Shown here piece after piece: positions 1 to 10,886 of a DNA stretch of 64,000 bases. The stretch covers positions 248,001 through 312,000 of the forward strand of contig NIVC01001113.1 in assembly GCA_002269645.1 (NCBI GenBank), read 5' to 3'. Each line of letters starts with the position of its first letter. Within the stretch, counting starts at the first letter, position 1. The stretch is from Macrostomum lignano. Its lineage: Eukaryota. The translations under genes and the position numbers were made by a program. Under the pieces are notes generated by a model. It saw nothing but the letters and a program-made list of their open reading frames with translations, did not search any database and was not told the DNA's origin.

Positions 1-179
1 AAAGGCGCCAGTGTGCGAAAACAACTTTCTTTTCAGCTTTCCATTTCTAATTACATCTTCTATTTGACCAAAAAGAACTACTACAATTTGCAATAACTGC
101 ATGCAACTCTCATTTACGCCGAATCAGAGAAGTAGTCATACAACACAAGCATTTTCTTAAGGGAAAACAGGCATACATA

Positions 180-798
180 CACTCAGCAACAGTCAAAACT
201 GCCACCCTACCGAGAGAGGCGACTTCTCTCTCACCTCAACTGCAAGTGACGTAACTTGCGTCACGGCGTGGCTAAAGCTGGGTGAGAGTGAATTCCAGGG
301 TGAGAGTACAAAAGGTACTGGGGTTGGAGTTGGGGGTGCAACAGTACACGTGACAATGGTCAGGCATATGACAGACGCTGAACGATGGCGCGCTGTTGGC
401 ATGCTAGAAGCTGGTGCATCCATCAGCGCAGTTGCTCGCCAATTTGGCCGATCACGTTCAACAATTCGAGCGCTGTTAACGAAGTCCCAAGATACTGGTA
501 GTGTTCAGCACGCAGCCATAGGCAGCCAGCGCCATGATCTCCGCGGCTCAACAGCCAGGGCAAATCGACGTCTGCTGCGGATTGTCAGGCGAACTCCGAC
601 CGCGCCAGCCACCCTGCTCCGTCTAATGTGGGGTGAAAGAAAAAGATGGGGCATCCCCTGCATCCCCTGATTGCCCTCTTCTGCATTCACTCTCACCCAG
701 CTTTAGTCACGCCGTGGCGCAAGTTACGTCACTTGCAGTTGAGGTGAGAGAGAAGTCTCCTCTCTCGGTAGGGTGGCGGTTTTGACTGTTGCTGAGTG
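180..798 (+). mobile_element. Non-autonomous Tc1/mariner-superfamily element (619 bp)
   Basis: 114-bp imperfect TIRs (180-293 / 685-798, starting CACTCAGCAACAG), flanked by TA at 178-179 and 799-800; internal truncated transposase ORF. Confidence 0.9.
356..670 (+). pseudogene. Tc1-like transposase N-terminal HTH DNA-binding region only
   Basis: MVRHMTDAERWRAVGMLEAGASISAVARQFGRSRSTIRALL..GSV resembles the Tc1/Tc3 paired-like HTH; no DDE domain before the right TIR. Confidence 0.75.
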
Positions 799-2381
799 TA
801 TAATATAGATTACTGATGTTCATTAGGAAACGACCCGAGCAACCGACTAAAACACAAGACACTACGACCGCTGATAGTAATAACAATTTTGCAACTAAAT
901 TTCGCGCTATATTCCAGTTGTCTGAATCTGTTCTCAGTTCTATATAGCTGAAATGAATTCTTTTAATATTTTAATTGTTGATCAATGTCGGTAACTGTAG
1001 GGGAAGAAATACTTTTACGTGAATCTTTGTTTGGCTAGTCAAAAGTTAGTCAGACAAAACTGCAGGCTCTTCCGTGGATGTTCATTTTTTCTTTGGAACC
1101 TTTGGCAGGACAGATCGAGCGTCTCTTTCGCCGAACCGTTTCGTCAGCAGCTTTCCTCAGTGCTCGCTTGACCACAGCATGCTCAATCTCCTTTCGCCGA
1201 GCCGAGCTTCAAAATCGGAGGCTTGCACAGCCTCACGCTATATTGATGACATTCATGACACTTAAATTAAGCACAAAATGAAACACAGTACTTGATAAAA
1301 AGTTGAAAGGACTGGTGTGGTGTCCAAAAAAAAATCGCAGGAAACGAGCAAAATGGACAAAATTATCGCTGAGCGATAAAAAATCGCTGAGCGACAAAAA
1401 ATCGCAGTGGTGGCAACACTGTAAAGACCAGCGGGATTCCTGGTTTCGACGAGGACGAGGTGAACAACCCGGTCCTCACCCTTGCCCAGCCTGTTTCAAA
1501 CAACGAAGAGCCAACTCCGGATCCCATTAACTGGTCTGCCCTGTTAGACAGCGTACTCCAAATATCATGTACTCCAAATGAGGAATAAATGCTACCTCCG
1601 TTCATGAATGTATATATGTATGTGACGCCGTTGGACGCCAGGGTGATATGGCAGTTTGTACCAAGGACCACTAGACTGATGTAGATTTAACAGGAATTAA
1701 AGCCTCAACATCGTATGAGTACACACGTAAACAAGCTAGCCTTCAAAAAAGTGCAACAATTACGAGTGCCACCTCCTGATTCAACTACGTTCTAGTGATT
1801 CTCGGTTCCCAGTGTGAGATTGCAAGTATATAGCTGTGTCCGCACGTTTTTGGACTGCATTTGGATTTTTGAATTCTCGTGTATCGCCGTCTCAATTATT
1901 TTTGTAACCTTTTCTGTCAATGTAGCTTGTATTTGTTGTACGAACACTGGCAGTTTAGAGTAGGAGTCTATTTATTTACACGCACCTCATCACAAAATAC
2001 TTGTCCGAAAATGTCTGCAGCGCTATTATGGCTGACAGGGCGGCCCAGCGAAAGGTCTATCGGCGCAGGGAGCGCGAAGCTGCTGATGCCGACCCAACAG
2101 GACGGTTGCGTCGCGGTGACGCACTTCGACAACGAAGGCGTCGTGAGCGTCTCGGTCAACAGCGATAGGACGCCCAAAATGAGGCGGCTGCTGTCCCCGT
2201 TGGAGACCACGGTGCTGCTAAACCGACTGTCCACATGGAGGTTGAGCAGACGGATTCCCCCGATGTGCTGTTAGAGGAGGCAGGATGGTCGGATGATGAT
2301 GGAGACGGAGACCATCGGGGTGACGTCAAGAATGACGTAAATATCGAGGAGGCTGCACCCTTGTCCGACGGAGACCCCCAT

Positions 2382-2420
2382 AGTAGTAGTAGTAGTAGCA
2401 GCAGCAGCAGCAGCAGCAGC
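2382..2420. repeat. (AGT)5(AGC)8 microsatellite, 5' flank of the LINE (poly-Ser in the CACTA frame)
   Basis: Direct reading. Confidence 0.95.
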
Positions 2421-2469
2421 CCGTCGCGCCTACAGGCGCGGCCGCCCTTGCTAGTCCATCCTTCAAGGG

Positions 2470-2539
2470 CGGGGTCAAGGACATCGCCTCTTCGCGGCGA
2501 CCCGGATGGCCGGCCATGCTCGGCCCCACCAAGATGTCC
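2470..2539 (+). ncRNA. HDV-like self-cleaving ribozyme (L1Tc/Ingi type)
   Basis: P1 (C)GGGGTC / GACCC(G); P2 GGACATC (2479-2485) / GATGTCC (2533-2539); P3 GCC/GGC around L3 TCTTCGC; P4 TGGCCG..CGG(CC)CCA; J4/2 CCAA. Confidence 0.72.
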
Positions 2540-5500
2540 ATCGTCAGGCAACTGAACCCGACAGCCTCGTCTCGTGCTTTCGGCACGGACGCGGAGCGTG
2601 GCGGTCACCGCGTGACCCTCCTCAACCTCGTCGTCTTCTCCTGGTGCATTACCAATCTACCTTGGCTCGCCGCGCATGACATCCTCTCCGGCGACATCGA
2701 ACAAAACCCCGGCCCGCTCAATTGTGACAGCTGCGGCAACGTCATCCGTCAGGGCACCACCCCCGCGTCGTGTCTGATCAACCACTGCCCCAGAGCCTGC
2801 CACAAAAAATTCGCCTGTAGCGGCTTCCGGCGATGTCAACGCGAACAGCACTGGATCTGCCGCGCACACCGCACGCCGATCACAGGCCCACCGGAGACTG
2901 AGAATGCATCGGCACCGCCCACGGTCACCCCCGGCCCTACGGGCGGCCCCCCGATGCCATGCGACTCCTGCCGCGCCCCTATCCGTGCTGGCACGCAACC
3001 GCTTTCCTGCTTCAAGCCCGACTGCACCGCCCTGGCACACCGCAACACGCGCTGCAGCGGCGTTCCGCGGTACAAAGGCTGCCCACGCTGGCTGTGCCAA
3101 CGGCCCGCCCCTACGCCACCCCACGCAAAGTCGGTGGCGGGACGCCCCTTGGCTGCCACTCGTCCGGCCCTTCAGCAGCCTCGCGCTGCTGGCCCACCTT
3201 GTGCGTCCTGCCACAAAGCCATCAGGGCTAGCACCAAGCCGGTTCGCTGTTACAAATGCCAATCCTCCTACCACAAGTCCTGCTCTGGTCTGCGTAGATC
3301 CGCGGCGGATCAAGCGGCGGAGTCTGAACGCTGGACGTGCGCCTCTTGTGCTGACATGGCCGCGCCTGCTCACTCGGCCACCAATGCCCAGCCCGTCACC
3401 ACCACCGCGCACCCTCTGACTTGTCTTCGCACCACCCTTCGGCAAGAACACCTGCAGATTCTCCAATGGAACACGGACGGCATCACCACTCGCCACTCTG
3501 AGCTCAATGACCTTATTGGGACGGCCAAGCCCGACGTTGTTCTCATCCAGGAGAGCAAACTCAAGCCTCAAGACGTCACGCCGTGCTTCCCGGGCTACGC
3601 CGTGGTCCGCGCGGACAGATCGACCATCGACGGCGGCGGCGGCCTCCTGACTCTCATCCGCGAAACTCTGGCCTACAAACACCTTCAAGTAAAGTGCCCA
3701 CCGCCCATCGAGCTCTGTCGTATCCGCGTCTTCCTTAGCTCGAAAAAGTCCATCCTGATCGACAACCTTTACTGCCCACCCGTTCGTTCCGGGGACGAGC
3801 AAGCCGACCTGCTCTGGGGGGGGGGGGCACTCCCACGCGATGCGGATTTCATCGGAGGCGACTTCAACGCCCACTCACCTACCTGGGATTCTCATCAAAC
3901 CGCGGACGCGAGGGGAGACGCCCTGCTCGATTGGGCGACTGGCTGCAACCTCTCCGTCCTAAACGATGGCTCGCACACCAGAATAAACCGCGGAACGGGC
4001 GGCACCAGCTCCCCCGACGTTACACTCTGCCGCGGCACCTGGCACTCCCGCTCCACCTGGTGCACGGGCGAAGATATCGGCTCGGACCACCTGCCCATCA
4101 TATCTCGGTTCGGCTGCGCTGCCAAGCAACTTCCCAGCCGCCCTCGCACCGCGTGGCGTCGCACCGGCGTGGACTGGGACGCCTTCTCCACGAACGTCGA
4201 CGCCCAGGTGTCTGCTTTCAAGGCCACAGGCGTCTCCTTCAAACAGCAAGTGGAGCGCTTCACCAACGCCATTGTCTCCGCCGCTCACCGTCACGTCGGC
4301 AAGCAGTCTCTCAAACGCCCTGCTCGCCCGTGGCTGTCGCAAGAGGCGAGACAAGCCATTCGACATCGTAATCGTCTCCGGAAGGATGTCGGCAATCATC
4401 GCGTCGAATGGCTCCAAGCCTGCGGTGACGCCGCAGCCCTCATCCGCGAAAGCAAAGAACAATGCTGGCGCGATTTCCTCCTTGACTCCGACTTCTGCCA
4501 GGATGCCTCCAGAGCCTGGCGCCTCGTTCGCAGCCTCAGCGGCACCCCCGCCGACGACTGCCCGAACGAAGCCCTGGTGGCCGCCGGCAAAGCCCACTGT
4601 GTCAACGCCAGCAAAGCCGAGCTTTTCGCCAAACATTATGCCGCGGTTAATCGCCTCGGCTTCAACCGCGAAGACCGCGCGCTCAACCGTAAGGCGAAAG
4701 AAGCCACTCGCCAAGGTAAATCGGATTTGCGCCTCGAGGGCTGCACTCCTTTCACTGAGGCCGAGCTGGCCTCGGCCATCGCGCATCAACGCCCCACTGG
4801 CGCCCCCGGACCGGATGAAATCACTCCGCGCTTCCTGAAGGGCCTAGGCCCCGCTGCGAGAGCCGAGCTTCTCAGGATCTTCAACCGCTCGCTGTCAGCC
4901 GGAGTGGTCGCTCAACAATGGAAAAACGCTACAATTATCCCGCTGCTCAAGAAAGGGAAGCCAGCCAGCGACCTCGCGTCCTTCAGACCTGTCAGCCTCA
5001 CCTCTTGTGTGATCAAGGCCCTGGAGCGCATGGTGACAACCCGTCTCATGTTCCTCGCCGAATCCCGCGGCTGGCTTTCCCCCCAACAGGCTGGCTTCCG
5101 CAGACAACGCTGCTGCGAAGATCAGATCCTCGCCGCCGTCCAAGGTATCAGCGATGGCTTTCAGCAGACTCCCATGATGCGCTCGATCATGGTCTTTCTT
5201 GACTACAGTAAAGCCTTTGACAAAGTTTGGGTGGAAAAGCTGATGCTCACCCTCATTGACAAAGGCGTTCCGGCCGTTTTCGTCAAATGGATCCGAGCCT
5301 TTCTCGGCAACCGTCAGGCGAGAGTCTGCGTCAATGGCACAGTCAGCCGCTACCACCGCCTCCGCCAAGGCCTGCCTCAGGGCTCTGTAATTGCTCCGCT
5401 GTTATTTATCATCTTTATCGACCCCGTGGTGAACTGCATCCCACCGCAAATCAGCATCCTGATGTTCGCGGACGACATCGCGCTTCGCCGCCAGAACCGG

Positions 5501-7168
5501 AACATCACGGCTGCCACCACGGACATGCAGGTCGCCGTCGGTCGGGTTGCTAACTGGAGTCGCGCGCGCAAAATGCAGCTAAACCCCGTCAAGAGCGAGT
5601 GTGCGATCTTCACCACTGACCCTCACCAGGCGAACATGCAGCCGAATATTCACCTTGATGGTGCAGCCATTCCGTTCAACGCCAGCCCGCGCTTCTTGGG
5701 TGTCTACCTGGACCGCACCCTGGCGTTCCGCAAGCAAGTCGAGGTCGTCTGCTCCACGATCGGCAGCAGATGTCGCCTCCTCGCCTGCCTGGCTGCCCAC
5801 AACTGGGGCTGGCCTAAAGACAGCCTCCTCCGCACCTTCAAAGCTCTTCACCACAGCGTGCTCCACTACGCCGCCGCCGCCTGGCAGCCATGGCTGGCCG
5901 ACACTGCTATCGGCAAACTCCAACGAGCCCAAAATCAAGCTCTGCGGATTGTCACCGGCCAGATGCGCACCACACCCGCTGAAGCTCTCCACCTCGAGGC
6001 CGGGGTGTGCACTGTTGCTACCATACGCGATCATCTTTGCCTCGCGGCCTACGAGAAGGCCCTTCGGCTCCCGACCGACCACCCGCGCTTCATCATTGCC
6101 ACGGCCCAGGTTCCGCACCGCACTACCAGGAGCAGCTGGCGCCACCGTGCCACGCAGCTCCTGGCCAGCATGCCGGGCCACCTGGACTGCCGGGAACCTC
6201 TGCCGGCCCTCCCCCTCTGTCCCTGGCAACGACCACCTGCCACGCGCCTGATCCGCTGCAGCCTCTCCGCATCAGCAGGCGAGGCCGAGGAGTCTGTTGA
6301 GCATCTGACCGAAGGCGCCGCTAAGGAATCCCTTCGGAAGCGCGCCTTGAAGGCCATCCGCAATTCCGCTGCCGACCTTGTGCTCTACACGGATGGCTCA
6401 GCCACGGACGGCTGCGCCCGCGGTGGTGCGGCCTGCGTGATCACCAGCGGCGACCCGGCCGACCCCGAGGTGGTCACCACGATCTCAGTCACCGGCTCGC
6501 AGTACACCTGCAGTTTCGACGAAGAGCGACGGGCTCTTCAGCTCGCTACTAACTGGCTTCGCAATCAGCGATTCACTGGGCGGGCCCTCATCTGCACGGA
6601 CAGCCGCGCCCTCCTCACGGCTCTGCTGGGCGACAGGCCTCGCTGCTCGCTGCCCGACCTGGACTGTCAAGCTGCCGCCCTGGAGCTTCAATGGGTACCG
6701 GCACACTGCGGCATCCCCGGGAACGAGCTGGCAGATGAGGCTGCCAAGCAGGCGGCCGCTGCTGATTCCGCCACGGCACCAATTTCCTACCACAGCGCGT
6801 TGGCTATGATCAAGAGGCATGTTGGAGACCCGCCACTCACGCACGCACGCACCGCTGCGGTCTACAGAGCCCTCAACAGGGATCGCGACCGCGCCGAGCT
6901 GCGCAGTCGGCAAGACGCGGTGCTTCTGGCGAGGCTCCGCTCGGGTCACTGCAGCCTGCTCCGCGCATACTGCAACGTCGTCAACCCTGCCGCCGACCCG
7001 ACCTGCCCGCGCTGCCAAGACGGTCCGGAGGACCTGGAGCACTGGCTCAGCTGTCCGGCCCTCCGGCCAACCAGGCTTTCCATTTTCGACGAGGACGAAC
7101 TGGGCCTTTCGGTTCTGACCGCCGCCCCCGCGAGGTCAGTGGCGCTTGCGAGGCGCAGCCTACTCTGA
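2516..7168 (+). CDS. Ingi-type polyprotein: 2A + 3 PHD-like Zn fingers + APE endonuclease + RT + RNase H (intact 1550-codon ORF; likely start ATG 2534)
   Basis: GDIEQNPGP; CxxC..C..C..H..C..W.C x3; QWNTDG, IQESKL, GDFNAH, SDHLP; GFRRQR, DYSKAFD, GLPQGS, FADD; YTDGS, TDS, WVPAHCGIPGNELAD; CPRC..EHWLSC. Confidence 0.95.
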   Translation: MLGPTKMSIVRQLNPTASSRAFGTDAERGGHRVTLLNLVVFSWCITNLPWLAAHDILSGDIEQNPGPLNCDSCGNVIRQGTTPASCLINHCPRACHKKFACSGFRRCQREQHWICRAHRTPITGPPETENASAPPTVTPGPTGGPPMPCDSCRAPIRAGTQPLSCFKPDCTALAHRNTRCSGVPRYKGCPRWLCQRPAPTPPHAKSVAGRPLAATRPALQQPRAAGPPCASCHKAIRASTKPVRCYKCQSSYHKSCSGLRRSAADQAAESERWTCASCADMAAPAHSATNAQPVTTTAHPLTCLRTTLRQEHLQILQWNTDGITTRHSELNDLIGTAKPDVVLIQESKLKPQDVTPCFPGYAVVRADRSTIDGGGGLLTLIRETLAYKHLQVKCPPPIELCRIRVFLSSKKSILIDNLYCPPVRSGDEQADLLWGGGALPRDADFIGGDFNAHSPTWDSHQTADARGDALLDWATGCNLSVLNDGSHTRINRGTGGTSSPDVTLCRGTWHSRSTWCTGEDIGSDHLPIISRFGCAAKQLPSRPRTAWRRTGVDWDAFSTNVDAQVSAFKATGVSFKQQVERFTNAIVSAAHRHVGKQSLKRPARPWLSQEARQAIRHRNRLRKDVGNHRVEWLQACGDAAALIRESKEQCWRDFLLDSDFCQDASRAWRLVRSLSGTPADDCPNEALVAAGKAHCVNASKAELFAKHYAAVNRLGFNREDRALNRKAKEATRQGKSDLRLEGCTPFTEAELASAIAHQRPTGAPGPDEITPRFLKGLGPAARAELLRIFNRSLSAGVVAQQWKNATIIPLLKKGKPASDLASFRPVSLTSCVIKALERMVTTRLMFLAESRGWLSPQQAGFRRQRCCEDQILAAVQGISDGFQQTPMMRSIMVFLDYSKAFDKVWVEKLMLTLIDKGVPAVFVKWIRAFLGNRQARVCVNGTVSRYHRLRQGLPQGSVIAPLLFIIFIDPVVNCIPPQISILMFADDIALRRQNRNITAATTDMQVAVGRVANWSRARKMQLNPVKSECAIFTTDPHQANMQPNIHLDGAAIPFNASPRFLGVYLDRTLAFRKQVEVVCSTIGSRCRLLACLAAHNWGWPKDSLLRTFKALHHSVLHYAAAAWQPWLADTAIGKLQRAQNQALRIVTGQMRTTPAEALHLEAGVCTVATIRDHLCLAAYEKALRLPTDHPRFIIATAQVPHRTTRSSWRHRATQLLASMPGHLDCREPLPALPLCPWQRPPATRLIRCSLSASAGEAEESVEHLTEGAAKESLRKRALKAIRNSAADLVLYTDGSATDGCARGGAACVITSGDPADPEVVTTISVTGSQYTCSFDEERRALQLATNWLRNQRFTGRALICTDSRALLTALLGDRPRCSLPDLDCQAAALELQWVPAHCGIPGNELADEAAKQAAAADSATAPISYHSALAMIKRHVGDPPLTHARTAAVYRALNRDRDRAELRSRQDAVLLARLRSGHCSLLRAYCNVVNPAADPTCPRCQDGPEDLEHWLSCPALRPTRLSIFDEDELGLSVLTAAPARSVALARRSLL
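2693..2716 (+). other. 2A-like ribosomal skipping motif DIEQNPG|P
   Basis: Exact D(V/I)ExNPGP consensus about 55 codons into the ORF; 2A motifs are known in L1Tc and Ingi-related elements. Confidence 0.85.
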
Positions 7169-7205
7169 CTGACCTCGACGCCTTTGCCCCATCAAAACAA
7201 ACAAA

Positions 7206-7209
<4 letters not shown>

Positions 7210-7260
<51 letters not shown>
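7210..7260. repeat. (AGC)16 microsatellite, 3' flank of the LINE
   Basis: Direct reading. Confidence 0.95.
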
Positions 7261-7545
7261 TCCGATGACGAAGCTAATCCGAGACTACATGATCCCGTGT
7301 GCCAAGGAAAAGGACATACGTACGGGAGCTTTGCTGTTGCAATGCAGAAAATTGTGACCAGGTACGGTTTAAATGGTAGCGTCGTCCGTGCTGTCCTGGC
7401 TCTGATTGACGAGAATCTGCCTGCTGGTGGGTGCATCCCTACGTCGAAGCATCTTTTACGCCAGGCCTTAGGGGTGCGTCGACGGAAACCCAAATGTATC
7501 AATTTCTGCCTGAAGTGCCTCGTTTGAGTGGATACAGCTGACACT

Positions 7546-7661
7546 GGGCCCGTTCTATAAAGCCATCGTAAGATAAGATCGTTCTTAGCTCCTATCTCCG
7601 CAGTGTAAAAGTTCCGACGTACGTTCGAACTTACGCTACGACAGCTTTATAGTACGACCCC
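7546..7661. mobile_element. 116-bp MITE, PIF/Harbinger-like
   Basis: TIR GGGCCCGTTCTATAAAGC vs reverse complement of right end GGGGTCGTACTATAAAGC (15/18); 3-bp TSD ACT (7543-45, 7662-64); removal joins VDTADT to VCENC in the CACTA frame. Confidence 0.75.
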
Positions 7662-10195
7662 ACTGTCTGTGAAAACTGCACAGCTGCACTGACGCCGGAC
7701 AAAATCTGCACGTACTGGCAGATGGACGTCCTTAAGCAGCTTCAGTTGCAGATAGAAGCGTAAGGATTGCTCCAGAAAGTCGCATTCCCCGCAGACCAGA
7801 AGTGCGAGCCTGGTTTTCTTGAACTTGGCTCTTCTGAAGGGTACTGAAAATTTAAGAGTACAATTTCTCTGGACTCCCGACAGGACCTGAGTTACGTTGT
7901 TTGCATTGACGGATTTCCGGTAAGTACGAGTAAGGGGGCCGTCTTTGTTGCAGTTTTGTCCCATGTTCTGGATGGTTAAACGCTGTTCTGGATGGTCGGA
8001 CAATTCGAAGCTTCATTTTATTTGCAACAGGCATTCCGCCATTCCGTCATGGAAATCTGTCCTGTGTACCTGTCCGTGGTGGAGCTACCGGACCGCCTGA
8101 AAGCGTGGTGACCTGCGGCTACTGGTGCGGCAGACAGAAGCTTAATTCTACAGCTTATCTCCCAATGGTAGTAAAGCAGCTTAATAAGCTGAGTCTGGAT
8201 GGAGTTGCATGCAGAAGAGGATGCGGCCCTGATGTGACTCAGGCCGGTGTCATCCGTTTTCATCCACTCCTGTTCATGATGGACGCGGACAGCGGGCTGA
8301 GACAATCGGCGTTAAGCGCTTTAACGCTGTCCACGGGTGTGACAAAAGTTACATCCGTACTGCTCCCGTTGGTGAATGACAGGGCGCGCTTCTACCCACC
8401 GGACGTGGCAGCAGCTGATGTCGCCCTAGCTACAGAGCGTGGCTGTCAGCATCCTCAGGTGCGGTGTCTGCGTGATACTGTACACCTTGCGCGCGTAGGC
8501 GTCGAGTTGCGAGATGGTAACCTCGGCGTTAAGGCGTTGTCCCCTCTGAGTGAATTATCCGGGTTCGACTACATTTGGGGCAACGAATAAGTTCCCAGCT
8601 GAGATTGTTAAGTTTAAGTTGGACTGCTAAGCTCACAGTAAAAGACCCCACACTTTTACAGCAACCCCACCGTGCTCGTATTTGCATCAGTTGTGCGAGG
8701 GCCCCGTCAAGTGGACGCTCACGCAGCTGTTTGGCTCACCCAAGCCGGACTCGAGTGCAGGTTCGTGGCTGAATGTTGCCATTTAGTCGGAAAAATGGTT
8801 TACTTGTTTACTTGCTATCAGACTAAACACTTTTGCCAAAATTCAGTCAACCCGGATCTACGAGGATCCATTCAACTCGTTGACGCTCTGACTGCCTCGA
8901 TCCGAATTCTGAGGGGCGCGGTACAGAGAGCACCACGGAGCTTGCGAGACCTTGGCCATCTCAGGGGTCACAAGCTGGAAGCATGGTTGCTGCTGTACGG
9001 CCCGATTGTGTTCCCAGACATTCTGCCGGAGACGTACGCACAGCATTTCAACTTGCTGTCGTCGTCTTTCTTCTGGCTTACGCTGGACGACGCGCCACTG
9101 TACGAAGTGGAACGCGCACGCACTTCATTGCGACATTTCGCGCACCGTCTGGAGCCGTTGTACTCAAGACGGGCTCTGACCTATAACGTGCACCATGTAG
9201 TTAAATTTGTAACAACTCACTTAAAACTGCAAGCACAACAACTTTAATTACTGCTGCGTGAAACACCCCCCTTCTTCTCCATCCCAAGGTTTGCCATCGT
9301 TTGCAGCAGCATTTGGCCCAGTGCACAGGCTCTCGACTGGATTATTTGAGTCGCAGCACGGCCGGCGGCTGGCTAGACTGCATGGCCGACGCAACCTGGC
9401 CGCTGAATTGAGCAACGCCATCGTTGTCGAGACGGCCTGCAGTGAGACGCGTTTGCAGCTCATCTTGGCCGGCCATCCCGGTCATCAAGGGGGCGGCACG
9501 CGTTACGCTGGTGGTTTGCAATTGTCCCGTCCAGTACGCAATCGGCCAGGTTGCTTTCAGCGGGCGTTGCTGCCAAGCGGCTTTTATGTGGAGACGTACT
9601 CCGCGAGACTCCGACTGTGGAGAACAGTCTCCTGCTTTGTTGCAGCTTTTCGTCCGGCGAACTCGCGAACTCTGCTTTTCGCGCGAGTAAAAGAGATCAG
9701 GCAGGCCAATGACACGGCAACGTTTCAAGTCAGCCCACTGCCGTTAGCCGATGCACCGCTGCAGCCGCTTTTTTGGCAGGCATTACAGATCCTGAAGAAG
9801 CCGGCTGCACTTACTGCCACGTTCGGAGGCTCGCCTGTCATCCGTTTTACGTCTTTCCTGACGATGCAGATATCGTCCTCCATGCGGCCGAAATCATCGG
9901 CACGTGTGCCTTCAACGATACCCATATCGCTGTCATGCCGCATACCCAAGTGTCATACTCGTGAACGAACTATTGATTTAATTATTTATTTAAAGCAGTA
10001 GACAATACAAGTAGACGAAACAAAAATGTCAGCCGTTGCACACGGCGCCAGGGCCAGACCTGGAAAGAGGGGCTTAAGAGGGGACATGACAAAAGCTTCG
10101 AAATTGAACGTCAACTCTGCTCGTAAATTTTGAGCATGCGAAGCTTCGAACTTATGAGTTTACAATGTTATGCCGTTAGGGATGGCCAGGTATTA

Positions 10196-10886
<691 letters not shown>

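Larger units (their letters stand above)
2421..7210 (+). mobile_element. Apparently full-length Ingi-clade (I group) non-LTR retrotransposon
   Basis: Single long ORF (2A, PHD-like fingers, APE, RT, RNase H, C-terminal CxxC..H..C); 5' HDV-like ribozyme; A/AAAC-rich tail 7194-7210; AGC runs on both sides act as the TSD. Confidence 0.92.
2028..9960 (+). pseudogene. CACTA/EnSpm (Tnp2-like) transposase pseudogene, interrupted by a LINE and a MITE
   Basis: Frame 2028-2420 (one stop) resumes at 7210 (SDDEANP..LALIDENLPAGGCIPTSKHLL; CLKC..CENC); YWCGRQK..YLPMVVKQLNKL..G; FDYIWG; RAPRSLRDL..KLEAWLLLYG..ILPETYAQHFNLL..LYSRRALTYNVH; GPVHRLSTGLFES. These match CACTA Tnp2/DUF4218-type motifs. Stops and frameshifts present; termini not found. 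Confidence 0.8.

Noticed and set aside
1669-1797. CACTAGA..TCTAGTG as CACTA termini or a mini-element
   Set aside because: Only 7 bp inverted match, no matching TSD, and no partner end downstream of the transposase
2657-7042. Long antisense and alternate-frame ORFs over the LINE
   Set aside because: Expected shadows of a GC-rich coding strand; no motifs
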